Origin: Candidatus Dormibacteria bacterium
Lineage (GTDB): Bacteria > Chloroflexota > Dormibacteria > DASZGP01
Length of the DNA stretch: 49,305 bases
Assembly: GCA_046262515.1 (NCBI GenBank)
Contig: JBHEMP010000064.1
Location: forward strand, 1-49,305
Direction: 5' to 3'
Made by a program: the position numbers and the translations under genes
Notes under the pieces: model-generated
The model's input: only the letters and a program-made list of their open reading frames with translations
Database searches by the model: none
What the model was told of the DNA's origin: nothing
In this document: piece by piece, positions 1 through 8,137 of the stretch
How the letters are laid out: the number at the start of each line of letters is the position of its first letter
How positions within the stretch are numbered: position 1 is the first letter of the stretch

Positions 1-230
1 TTGGCTCCGCCCTCGACGGCGCGCTGCCAGCGCGCCAGTGCGATGTGCACCGCCACGCCGAGGCTGCGATCGAAGGCGGAGGCGACGGCCAGGGGAGGCA
101 GTTTCGCCGGTGCGCGGCGCCAGTCCGGCGGGACGTGCGGCTCAGGCCGGCGTTCCACCTCCAGGTAGCGGAAGCGCAGCGGGCAGCCGGCGAAGAGGCT
201 CAGCCGGCTGAAGGAGAGGACGTCGCTCAG
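1..230 (-). CDS. RecB/Cas4/AddB-type PD-(D/E)XK nuclease-like protein, N-terminal part only (runs off the window edge)
   Basis: The minus frame reads ALSDVLSFSRLSLFAGCPLRFRYLEVERRPEP...GVAVHIALARWQ. The opening S-x-S-x-L-(x5)-CP-x-x-F-x-Y-L resembles the N-termini of this nuclease family. There is no ATG, GTG or TTG. The only candidate start is CTG (228-230), which overlaps the upstream stop as CTGA. Confidence 0.35.
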   Translation of the reverse strand, partial: MSDVLSFSRLSLFAGCPLRFRYLEVERRPEPHVPPDWRRAPAKLPPLAVASAFDRSLGVAVHIALARWQRAVEGGA

Positions 231-802
231 GGCTCAGCCGTGGCCGGAGCAGCGTGGACCTCCTCAGCAGGGACGACCTTCTCCGCCCTGCTACCCAGGG
301 GGTAAATACGAACTCCGCGTGCGGCCACCGTCCCGAACTCCCAGCCCCGCCGCCACAGCGCGCGGGCTGACCCGAGGTCGTCGGCGTCCTCGGTGGTGGT
401 GCCATCGGTAAAGCTGACCTCCTGCCGCGATGCCGCGGCGTAGCCGAGGCGAACCCTGGTCGCGGAATCCCTGAAATACGTAAGGTCGTCAAATCTCGTC
501 TCGTCCCCCGGCTCGGGGCCTTCGACAAGTTCCAGCAACGTCCACATTCCGCCGGCCGCCACCTGCGCGCGCACCTCGCGCCGGCCCTGCAACGACTCCA
601 GGCGTTCGCGGCGACGGAGTTCCGCGCGCAGCGCCTCTGCCCGGGCCTCGAGGTCCCGCAGGCGCTCCCTGACGGGCGCGATCTCCAGCTGCAGAGCCGC
701 CACTCGGGATGTTATGTCGTCCCGAGTCTGCCGCTGCAGTGAATCAGCCAGGGTGGGTCTCCGCCGCAGCGCGTGCTTGTCGGCGTTCAGCCGCGCTTGC
801 AC
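227..802 (-). CDS. Hypothetical protein with an Arg/Glu/Leu-rich coiled-coil N-terminus
   Basis: 191-aa ORF with high GC3 and plausible composition (…LQLEIAPVRERLRDLEARAEALRAELRRRERLESLQ…). The ATG at 802 overlaps the DedA 3' end by 59 nt. The in-frame GTG at 703 is an alternative start. Confidence 0.5.
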   Translation of the reverse strand: MQARLNADKHALRRRPTLADSLQRQTRDDITSRVAALQLEIAPVRERLRDLEARAEALRAELRRRERLESLQGRREVRAQVAAGGMWTLLELVEGPEPGDETRFDDLTYFRDSATRVRLGYAAASRQEVSFTDGTTTEDADDLGSARALWRRGWEFGTVAARGVRIYPLGSRAEKVVPAEEVHAAPATAEP

Positions 803-1448
803 GGTGTTTCAGGATCATCGCGTAGATGATGCTGGCCGAGATAAATATGGTGCTGGGCAGCAGGTGCACCGGGGTGATGGTCATGTAGGGCCCGATGTTG
901 TGGTCGAGTCGAACACCCACGAACAAGAAGGTCGCCGCCCAGATCGCGGCCGCCGCTGCCACGGAGGGAAGGAAGACTGTGTAAGGGACTCCGAACAGCC
1001 CGCTGAAAACCGAAATGACCATCCGGAAGCCCGGGACCTGGCGGCCGACGATGATCATCAGCGGACCGGAGCGGACGAACCAACGCTCCGCGGAGTCCAG
1101 GCGCTTCTGCTTGATGTGCATGTAGGGGCCGTACCGATGCACGAAGGGCTGTCCATAAAGCCGCGCCAGCCAGTAGAGGACGGAAGCCCCCACCATGGAC
1201 CCGACGACGATCGACAAGAACGCCGCCACCAGGCTGATCCGGTGATGCACCACCAGGTGGCCGGCATAGGCGATGAAGACGTCGCCGGGGAGCGGTAGAG
1301 GCACCCCTATCTCCTCGAGCATGATCACGGCGAAAATGGCCACCGCCTGGTGGTGCCGGATCTGCCCGCTGATGAACCGGGTCAGCGGCAGGGCCTGGTC
1401 CAGGTAGTGGCGCAGCCCGATCGCGAGGGGCACGGGTGCGCCTAGCAC
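744..1448 (-). CDS. DedA family (SNARE-associated/VTT domain) membrane protein
   Basis: Multi-TM 234-aa protein. The typical DedA core is present: EEIGVPLPLPGDVFIAYAGHLV … GRQVPGFRMVISVFSGLFGVPY. Confidence 0.85.
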   Translation of the reverse strand: MLGAPVPLAIGLRHYLDQALPLTRFISGQIRHHQAVAIFAVIMLEEIGVPLPLPGDVFIAYAGHLVVHHRISLVAAFLSIVVGSMVGASVLYWLARLYGQPFVHRYGPYMHIKQKRLDSAERWFVRSGPLMIIVGRQVPGFRMVISVFSGLFGVPYTVFLPSVAAAAAIWAATFLFVGVRLDHNIGPYMTITPVHLLPSTIFISASIIYAMILKHRASAAERRQARAAAETHPG

Positions 1449-2164
1449 CTGCTGTCGAACAGGCGGTCCGAAACCAGCCCGCTCGCCAGGGCGATGGCGG
1501 AGCCGATGGCCACCCCGCCCAGCACGTCACTCGGATAGTGATGACCAAGGTAGATCCGGGAAAGGCCCACCGCGCCGGCCACCCCGAGCATCAGCGGCCG
1601 CTGATCCGGGAAACAACGGGACATCGCCAGCGCGGCGGCGAAACTGCCGGCCGTGTGACCCGAGGGAAAACTGGAATCCGTCGTGCGCTTGCCGATGACG
1701 ATGTCCTCTTTGAGGACCGCCCAGGGTCGCTGCCGCAGGAAGTATTTTTTCACCGGCCCCTGAGTCATGCCGGTGGCCGCGAGCATTGTGGCGGTGGTCA
1801 CCGCGGCGTTTCGCCAGCCGACGCGGCGATTTCCACCCAGCGCGATGATGGCCGCCGCGACGACCCAACCCGCACCCTTACCGAGGTCCGAGACTGTCTC
1901 GACGATGTCATTGAGGGACTGGCTGTGAGGCAGGTGGTTGACCGCCAGGAAGATGGACGCGTCCAGGGCTCGAATGCCTCCCATCTCACGAAGAACCGCC
2001 TTCTTCTGCGGAGGTGCGTCCTCGGCTATCTTCTGGGCGGCCTCGGTCAGCCCGTCGTTGGTCTCTTCCGCCACTGCCTCGACCGACTCCACGGCGGCCG
2101 CGGCGACGTCCTTCGGGGCCGGGCTGTCTGTCCCTGCTGGGGCCTCTCGGGAAGGGTCTGTCAC
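1442..2164 (-). CDS. PAP2-family (type 2 acid phosphatase / lipid phosphate phosphatase) membrane protein
   Basis: PAP2 motifs are present: KKYFLRQRP, SFPSGHTAGSF, SRIYLGHHYPSDVLGG. The gene overlaps the DedA start by 7 nt. Confidence 0.85.
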   Translation of the reverse strand: MTDPSREAPAGTDSPAPKDVAAAAVESVEAVAEETNDGLTEAAQKIAEDAPPQKKAVLREMGGIRALDASIFLAVNHLPHSQSLNDIVETVSDLGKGAGWVVAAAIIALGGNRRVGWRNAAVTTATMLAATGMTQGPVKKYFLRQRPWAVLKEDIVIGKRTTDSSFPSGHTAGSFAAALAMSRCFPDQRPLMLGVAGAVGLSRIYLGHHYPSDVLGGVAIGSAIALASGLVSDRLFDSRC

Positions 2165-2243
2165 GTTTGAATCTTAGAGGGGTGACCCCTGTTCGAACCC
2201 GTGACCGCACAAACCATGTAGAAGTGGAGGGCATGGACTCGAC

Positions 2244-3284
2244 ATGGAGCTGATCGCACTGGGCTGGACGGCGGTCCGCGCCGCCCAGTTGCCCGGACGC
2301 GGGCGACCGGCGCGGGTCGTCTCACAGGCGGGTCCGCAGGTGTACGCGGACGCGGGCGAGGGCCCGGAACCCGTGACGGTGCCCGGCCGCCTGCGCACCC
2401 GGCGTGCGGCCGACCACCCCGCGGTTGGGGACTGGGTGATCGTCGAACCCGAGACCGGGGTGGTCCTGGAACTGCTGCCCCGTAGCTCGGCCCTCCAACG
2501 CAAGGTGCCCGGCGCCGCCAGCGAGGCCCAGGTCCTGGCCGCCAACATCGACATCGTCCTGGTTGTGGCCGCCGCTGACAACCTCAACCTCCACCGGGTC
2601 GAACGCATGCTTGGCGCGGGATGGGACAGTGGTGCCACCCCGGTCCTGGTGCTCACCAAGTCGGACCTCGCCACTGACGCGGGATCGCTGCTGGAGAAGC
2701 TTCGCGGCCAGCTCCCGGGGGTCAACGTCGTGGGTGTCGCGGCACTTTCGGGCGAGGGGCTGGACGACATTCGGGCCCTGGTGCCCCCGGGCCGTACCGC
2801 GGTCCTCCTGGGGCCTTCCGGAGCGGGTAAGTCAACCCTCGTCAACGCCCTGTTCGGCGCCGAGGCAGCAGCGGTTGGAGCGGTGCGCAGCGACGGCAAA
2901 GGGCGACACACGACCGTCCGCCGCCAACTCCACGGGCTGCCCGGAGCGGGGCTGCTGGTCGACACCCCCGGCATCCGCGAGCTCCAGCTGTGGGATGAGA
3001 CCGGCGAGTCGGTGTCGCGCGCCTTTGCGGACATTGAGGCGCTCGCCCTGGGCTGCCGCTTTTCCAACTGCCGCCACCAGGCGGAGCCCGGTTGCGCGGT
3101 ACAGGCCGCAGTTACGGGGGGAACGCTGAGCGCTGCCCGCCTCGAGTCTCGACAGCGCATGGAGGCCGAAGTCGCGGCCACGGCGCGCAGGGTCGATGCG
3201 CGGCGCCGGGCCGATGCGCGCCGTGACGCCAGGGTGCTCGCGCGCAGCGTGCGCAGGAGTTCCAAGCCGGGATCCACCGGCTGA
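2244..3284 (+). CDS. rsgA: Ribosome small-subunit-dependent GTPase A
   Basis: Circularly permuted GTPase motifs: VLTKSDL, LLGPSGAGKSTLVNAL, GRHTTVRRQL, DTPGIRE. The C-terminal zinc knuckle is CRFSNCRHQAEPGCAV. Confidence 0.9.
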   Translation: MELIALGWTAVRAAQLPGRGRPARVVSQAGPQVYADAGEGPEPVTVPGRLRTRRAADHPAVGDWVIVEPETGVVLELLPRSSALQRKVPGAASEAQVLAANIDIVLVVAAADNLNLHRVERMLGAGWDSGATPVLVLTKSDLATDAGSLLEKLRGQLPGVNVVGVAALSGEGLDDIRALVPPGRTAVLLGPSGAGKSTLVNALFGAEAAAVGAVRSDGKGRHTTVRRQLHGLPGAGLLVDTPGIRELQLWDETGESVSRAFADIEALALGCRFSNCRHQAEPGCAVQAAVTGGTLSAARLESRQRMEAEVAATARRVDARRRADARRDARVLARSVRRSSKPGSTG

Positions 3285-3287
3285 GAG

Positions 3288-3368
3288 TGTCGGCGAGAGG
3301 ATTCGAACCTCCACCCCTTGCGGGACCAGCTCCTAAGGCTGGCGTGTCTACCGTTCCACCACGCCGAC
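3288..3368 (-). tRNA. tRNA-Leu (anticodon UAG), class II with a long variable arm, CCA not encoded
   Basis: The reverse complement reads GTCGGCG-TG-GTGGAACGGTAGACAC-GCCAGC-CTTAGGA-GCTGGT-CCCGCAAGGGGTG-GAGGTTCGAATCCTC-T-CGCCGAC-A. The acceptor stem GTCGGCG/CGCCGAC pairs perfectly. A GTTCGAATC T-loop is present, and the anticodon loop is CU-UAG-GA. Confidence 0.85.
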
Positions 3369-3419
3369 GGGGGCTTGGATTGTAGGCAGGGTGAGGCGAA
3401 TCCCGGGTTAGCCTTCAGA

Positions 3420-4343
3420 GTGAGAGCCGCGAGCGCATTCAGGAATCCCCAGGACCGCGTCGCCACGTCGCCGACCGAAAGGCTTGGCGCCGCGGGGCTG
3501 GTGGTGCTCAGCTCGCTCTCGGCGCAGCTCGGCGCCACCTACGCCTTCCACCTCTTCCGGTACACCAGCCCGAGCATGGCCGCGTGGCTCCGCAACCTCG
3601 TGGGCGCGTCGATCCTGGTGGCCCTGGTGCTGCTGCGCCGGGGCTCCTTCCGGGGCATCAAGCTGCGGGCGGCCCTGGGCCTCGGGGTAATCCTGGGGGG
3701 CATGAACGCGACCTTCTACGAAGGACTGCTTCGCCTTCCGCTGGGCGATGGCGTGGCCATCGAGTTCACAGGGCCGATCGTGGTAGCCGCGCTGCTCTCA
3801 CACAGCCGGCGCCATCTGTTCTGGGTGGCGCTGGCAGCGGCCGGGGTGATCGCGGCCAGCAAGCCGGGACCCGACCACCTGAACTTCGCCGGAGTGGGCT
3901 TCATGCTCGCGGCGGCAACGTTCTGGGGCCTGTATGTCTTGCTGGGACGACGGGTGGCTGTCGGCGGTCGGCGCGCCGACACCCTGGCGGTGGCCATGGC
4001 CGCCAGCGCGGCCTTCCTGACCCTTCCGGCCTTCGCGCGCTCCGCGCCCACCCTGCTTGATCCGCGGGTCCTGGGCCTGGGCGTGATCGCGGGCGTGTTG
4101 AGCTCGGCCATCCCCTACTCCGTCGAACTGGTGGCCATGGAGCGCGTGCCCCCGGCGATCTTCGGCGTCCTGCTCAGCCTGCAGCCCCTGAGCGCCGGGC
4201 TGGTGGGGCTGGTCGTCCTGCAACAGCGTGTCTCCCTGCAGGAGACCATCGGTTTCTGCCTCGTCGTGGCGGCGTCCCTTGGGGTCACCCTCGGCGGCTC
4301 GCGAGAAGTCGTGCGCGCGGAGGCCGAGCCGGTCCCCACTTAG
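3420..4343 (+). CDS. EamA/DMT-superfamily transporter
   Basis: About 10 hydrophobic helices with a duplicated EamA-like pattern (…GPIVVAALLS… / …SSAIPYSVELVAMERVPPAIFGVLLSLQPL…). The track start at 3318 overlaps the tRNA, so I place the start at GTG 3420. GTG 3501 or 3504 are also possible. Confidence 0.8.
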   Translation: MRAASAFRNPQDRVATSPTERLGAAGLVVLSSLSAQLGATYAFHLFRYTSPSMAAWLRNLVGASILVALVLLRRGSFRGIKLRAALGLGVILGGMNATFYEGLLRLPLGDGVAIEFTGPIVVAALLSHSRRHLFWVALAAAGVIAASKPGPDHLNFAGVGFMLAAATFWGLYVLLGRRVAVGGRRADTLAVAMAASAAFLTLPAFARSAPTLLDPRVLGLGVIAGVLSSAIPYSVELVAMERVPPAIFGVLLSLQPLSAGLVGLVVLQQRVSLQETIGFCLVVAASLGVTLGGSREVVRAEAEPVPT

Positions 4344-4370
4344 AGCCGGGAACGCTCTGGGCTCGTAACC

Positions 4371-5075
4371 TTGGGCATGGCCCATCCGCTGCTCCAGCTG
4401 ACGGGGGTGACCAAGGAATATTCCCGAGGCGACCAGCTGGTACGGGCTGTCAGTGAGGTCGACCTCGAAGTCCCGCAGGGAGGCTTCACCGCGATTGTTG
4501 GTCCGTCCGGGGCAGGTAAGTCCACACTGCTTCACCTCGTCGGGGGGCTTGACACGCCGACGCGCGGCTCGGTCCTACTTGAAGGTCGAGACCTGGCCCG
4601 GCTGACCACCAATGAGCTGACCCTGGTGCGCCGCCGGCGGCTGGGCTTCGTGTTCCAGTTCTTCAACCTCCTTCCCAACCTGCCCTGCTGGCAGAACATC
4701 GCGATGCCGCTCCTGATCGACGGGGCCGCCCCGGTGGAGGCCCGCGATCGTGCCACGAGCCTGGGCGTGCGCCTCGGAATCGGGCACCGCCTCGACACCC
4801 GGGCGTCGCTTCTCAGCGGGGGCGAGATGCAGCGGACGGCGATCGCCCGCGCCCTCGTGGGAGACCCCGCGCTGGTGCTGGCCGACGAACCAACGGGGAA
4901 CCTTGACAGGGCCACCGGCATCGAGGTCCTGGACATCCTGCGCCGGCTTGTCGACGATGAGGGCAAGACCATCGTCATGGTCACCCATGACGCGGCGGCG
5001 GCGCGTCGCGCCGACGTCATCGTGACCATGGTCGACGGCGCCGTGGCCTCGCGTCACCGCCCCAGGAAGGGCTGA
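4371..5075 (+). CDS. ABC transporter ATP-binding protein (MacB/LolD/FtsE-like)
   Basis: Walker A GPSGAGKST, Q-loop, signature LSGGEMQRTAIARAL, Walker B LVLADEPTGNLD, H-loop VTHD. Confidence 0.9.
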   Translation: MGMAHPLLQLTGVTKEYSRGDQLVRAVSEVDLEVPQGGFTAIVGPSGAGKSTLLHLVGGLDTPTRGSVLLEGRDLARLTTNELTLVRRRRLGFVFQFFNLLPNLPCWQNIAMPLLIDGAAPVEARDRATSLGVRLGIGHRLDTRASLLSGGEMQRTAIARALVGDPALVLADEPTGNLDRATGIEVLDILRRLVDDEGKTIVMVTHDAAAARRADVIVTMVDGAVASRHRPRKG

Positions 5076-5077
5076 CC

Positions 5078-7615
5078 TTGAGGGCCGCGTGGATCCTCTT
5101 CCGCGGCCTGAACCTGGAGTACTTCCGTGGCCACGCCCTGCGCATAGGCCTGACCGTGGTGGGAATCGCGCTGGGCGTGATGCTGCTCTTTGGGGCGATC
5201 ATCGACAATGCCTCCGCCGGCTACTCCATTGCCAGGCGTACGCAGTCGCTCCAGGGACAAACCGACCTCGAGGTGACCACCGCGGCACTTGCCGGCGTCC
5301 CTGAGGGCCTGGCCGCACGGGCGCGGGGAATGCCGGGCGTCGCGGCAGCCGCCGCGGTACTGCAGCAGCATGTGTTCATCCGCGGTCCCCGCTCGGCGGT
5401 CGAGGTGGTCGCGATCGGCTACGACCCCGGGTTGGCGCGCCTGGCGCCGGCGGCAGTGGATCCGAAGCGCCTCCGGCGTCTGCGCGACGGCCCTGGGCTG
5501 GTGGTTGCGCCCCAGTTACTCACACGACTGGGGCTATCCACGAATGACCGCTTATCTCTCGTGGCGCAGGGCGTGGCGCACCCGCTGCCAGTGGTCGCCG
5601 TCATGCCCGCCGAGGTCGGGCAGCAGGTTGACCAGGGGCGCGTCGTCGCCCTTCCCCTCCCCCTGCTGCAGGCGTATGTCAACGCCCCGTCGCGGGTCAG
5701 TTCCATATTCATCGGGGCAACGGACCGCAGTCGCGGCGGCATCTCCGCCCTCAGGGAGCGGCTCGTCACCGACCTCGGGACGTCCGTGCAGGTGCTTGAT
5801 GCCGACCACGTTCGGCGTGAACTCGACATCTCGACGGCACAGTTCCGGTCGGTGACAAACCTGCTCTCCCTGCTCGCGCTGTTGCTCGGCGGGTACGTCG
5901 TCTTCATAACCATGTCCATGGCCGCCGTGGAGCGACGGCGCGAGTTCTCCATCATGCTCGCGCTCGGCGACTCCGCCGCACGCTTGCTGGCGCGGTTTCT
6001 AGCCGAGGCGGCCCTCCTCGGTCTCGCCGGGTCCCTTGTAGGCCTGGTCGCGGGGTACTACGTCGGACGCTACCTGGCCGGCGGAGTCCCGCCATACCTG
6101 GAGCAGGCCTACGGCTTCCACTCCGAGGTCGCGGTGCCGGCCTCCGGGGTGGCGGCCGCGCTACTCGCCGGCATCCTGGCGTCGGTGGCGGCGGCCACGG
6201 GACCGGCCCTGGGCATCCTCCGCCTGCCCCCGGCGGAGGCACTGAGGGCGCAACCCCTGGGTGAGGCTCCTCGCCGGGGCCTGCTGGCGGCACTCGCCTT
6301 CATCGCCGGCTGCGGCCTGCTGGCCGGGGGGCTCGCGGGGGCACTGCTGGTGCCGCGGGTCGGCTACATCTTCGCCGGGTTCACCTTCCTGGGCGCGGTG
6401 CTGGCGTTGCCCGAGGTCTTCACGAGGGCGTTGCGCTTCGCGGCCGTCGCCCTTGAGCGCTGGCGGTGGCGGTGGGGCGCGGGAGTGGTACGTGTCGTCG
6501 CCGCCAACCTCCAGGGCAACCCGCGCCGGACGGTGGCGGCGATCAGCGCCGCAGCACTGTCGCTCTCCCTGGTGATCGGGTTCGCCGGTTCGAACGACGA
6601 CGTGACGCAGGCCGTCGACCGCTTCGCTTCGCATTTCAGCCGCGTCGACCTGGTGGCCAACGGTTCCGACAATCTCTACTTGCAGTTGCCCTTCCCCGCC
6701 GCCGCGGTGACGCGCGTGCGAGCACTCCCCGGCGTGGCCGCGGCCTACCCCATAACGTTCAATTTCTTGAACTGGCACGGGCGCAGGATCGCGGTCCTCT
6801 CCCAGGAACCTGCCTCCCGACGCGCCTTCGACCTCGACTTCGCCGCCGGCAACCCGGACCGCGCGTACGCCTCGCTATCCGGTTCGGGTTTGCTGATTTC
6901 AACCCAGGTGGCTCAGCTGGACGGCATCCGCCTGGGGGACACCGTCACACTTGGGACACCAGCCGGCGACCGCCAGTTCCACGTCAGCGGGATCGTGGAG
7001 GACCTGGGCTGGCAGGAGGGGGTTCTCATCATGGGGCGGAGTGCCTTCGTCAGCGCATACCGGCAGCCGGAGGTGAACCAGGTCCTGGTCAAGCTGCTAC
7101 CGGGGATGTCCGCCGAAGCGGTCCGCGGCGCGATCCACCGCGAGCTCGGGGACGAGAGCGTGGTCCAGCCGGGCACGGCGTCGATCGAAACGGTGCGCCG
7201 GGCCAACGCCGCCATCGAAGCACCCTTCACACACATGCGCAATGTCAGCGTCGTCGTCGCGGTGCTCGCGGTGCTCAACACCCTCCTGGTGGCGGTACTT
7301 CAGCGACGTCGCGAGATCGGGGTGCTGATCGCGATCGGGCTTCACCGCCGCCAGCTGGCAGAGGCGCTCCTCGCCGAGGCGGGGGTCATGGTCGCCCTCG
7401 CGCTGCTGGCGGGCACCGCACTAGGTCTGACCATCCAGGCGGTCGGGATCATCTTCCTGGACGCCACGACCGGCCTGCCACTTCACTTCCACCTTCAGCC
7501 GGCCGCCCTCGGAATCGGGCTCGTTGCCGCGCTGGTCATTGCGGTGGCCGGCTCCCTGTACCCTGCCCGCCAGGCGGCGACGGTGCCTGTCCTGGAGGCG
7601 ATCGCCTACGAGTGA
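5078..7615 (+). CDS. ABC transporter permease, tandem FtsX-like domains (MacB-type)
   Basis: 845 aa with two blocks of TM helices, each followed by an FtsX-like REIGVLIAIGL- or REFSIMLALGD-type motif. The TTG start lies 2 nt after the ATPase stop. Confidence 0.85.
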   Translation: MRAAWILFRGLNLEYFRGHALRIGLTVVGIALGVMLLFGAIIDNASAGYSIARRTQSLQGQTDLEVTTAALAGVPEGLAARARGMPGVAAAAAVLQQHVFIRGPRSAVEVVAIGYDPGLARLAPAAVDPKRLRRLRDGPGLVVAPQLLTRLGLSTNDRLSLVAQGVAHPLPVVAVMPAEVGQQVDQGRVVALPLPLLQAYVNAPSRVSSIFIGATDRSRGGISALRERLVTDLGTSVQVLDADHVRRELDISTAQFRSVTNLLSLLALLLGGYVVFITMSMAAVERRREFSIMLALGDSAARLLARFLAEAALLGLAGSLVGLVAGYYVGRYLAGGVPPYLEQAYGFHSEVAVPASGVAAALLAGILASVAAATGPALGILRLPPAEALRAQPLGEAPRRGLLAALAFIAGCGLLAGGLAGALLVPRVGYIFAGFTFLGAVLALPEVFTRALRFAAVALERWRWRWGAGVVRVVAANLQGNPRRTVAAISAAALSLSLVIGFAGSNDDVTQAVDRFASHFSRVDLVANGSDNLYLQLPFPAAAVTRVRALPGVAAAYPITFNFLNWHGRRIAVLSQEPASRRAFDLDFAAGNPDRAYASLSGSGLLISTQVAQLDGIRLGDTVTLGTPAGDRQFHVSGIVEDLGWQEGVLIMGRSAFVSAYRQPEVNQVLVKLLPGMSAEAVRGAIHRELGDESVVQPGTASIETVRRANAAIEAPFTHMRNVSVVVAVLAVLNTLLVAVLQRRREIGVLIAIGLHRRQLAEALLAEAGVMVALALLAGTALGLTIQAVGIIFLDATTGLPLHFHLQPAALGIGLVAALVIAVAGSLYPARQAATVPVLEAIAYE

Positions 7616-7648
7616 GATGGGTAGCGGTGCGTCCACTAGATTTGATGC

Positions 7649-8137
7649 GTGAATGCTGCGGACCTCGCGCGCGAGATGGTCGCGTATGACCGTTGGGCCA
7701 CCGGCCGCATTTTCGCCGCGGCCGCCGGCCTCGACACCGGCAACCCCTCCGCGGGTGCCAGCTGGAAGAGCATTGACGGCTCCATGCGCCACGTCGCCGC
7801 CTCGCACGCGACCTGGCTCTCGCGCTGGAACGGAGAGCCGACAATCCAGCACGAGGCGGCGGACGAAGCGGGCCTGCGCGCCTGGTTCGATGCGGTTTAC
7901 GACGCCCTCGAAGGCTTTGTGGCCGGCCTCGACGACCAGCAGTACCTCGCGGAGGTCACTTTCAGCGACAGCCGCGGCAACCCCCACCGCGATGTGCTGG
8001 CGCTGCTCCTGGCCCACGCGGTGAACCACGGCACCTACCACCGCGGGGAGGCGGCGTTGCTCTTGACCGAGGCCGGCCACTCGCCCGGGGACCTTGACCT
8101 GGTCGTCTTCCGGCGCATGCAGGACCCGACCCGCTAG
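7649..8137 (+). CDS. DinB-family (DinB/YfiT-like four-helix-bundle) protein
   Basis: 162 aa with spaced His ligands typical of the family (…MRHVAASH… / …LLLAHAVNHGTYHRGEAALLL…). Confidence 0.8.
   Translation: MNAADLAREMVAYDRWATGRIFAAAAGLDTGNPSAGASWKSIDGSMRHVAASHATWLSRWNGEPTIQHEAADEAGLRAWFDAVYDALEGFVAGLDDQQYLAEVTFSDSRGNPHRDVLALLLAHAVNHGTYHRGEAALLLTEAGHSPGDLDLVVFRRMQDPTR

Noticed and set aside
3288-3368. tRNA-Leu as an integration hotspot for a genomic island
   Set aside because: No integrase gene is present, I found no duplicated tRNA 3' segment nearby, and the flanking genes (rsgA, EamA) have core-like GC content. The accessory patch lies 21 kb away.
2174-3538. 454-aa minus-strand ORF spanning the rsgA region
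   Set aside because: It is antisense to a gene with unambiguous RsgA motifs and runs through the tRNA-Leu. Its composition is dominated by Arg, Ser, Pro and Ala with no motifs. This is a typical shadow ORF of very high-GC DNA.
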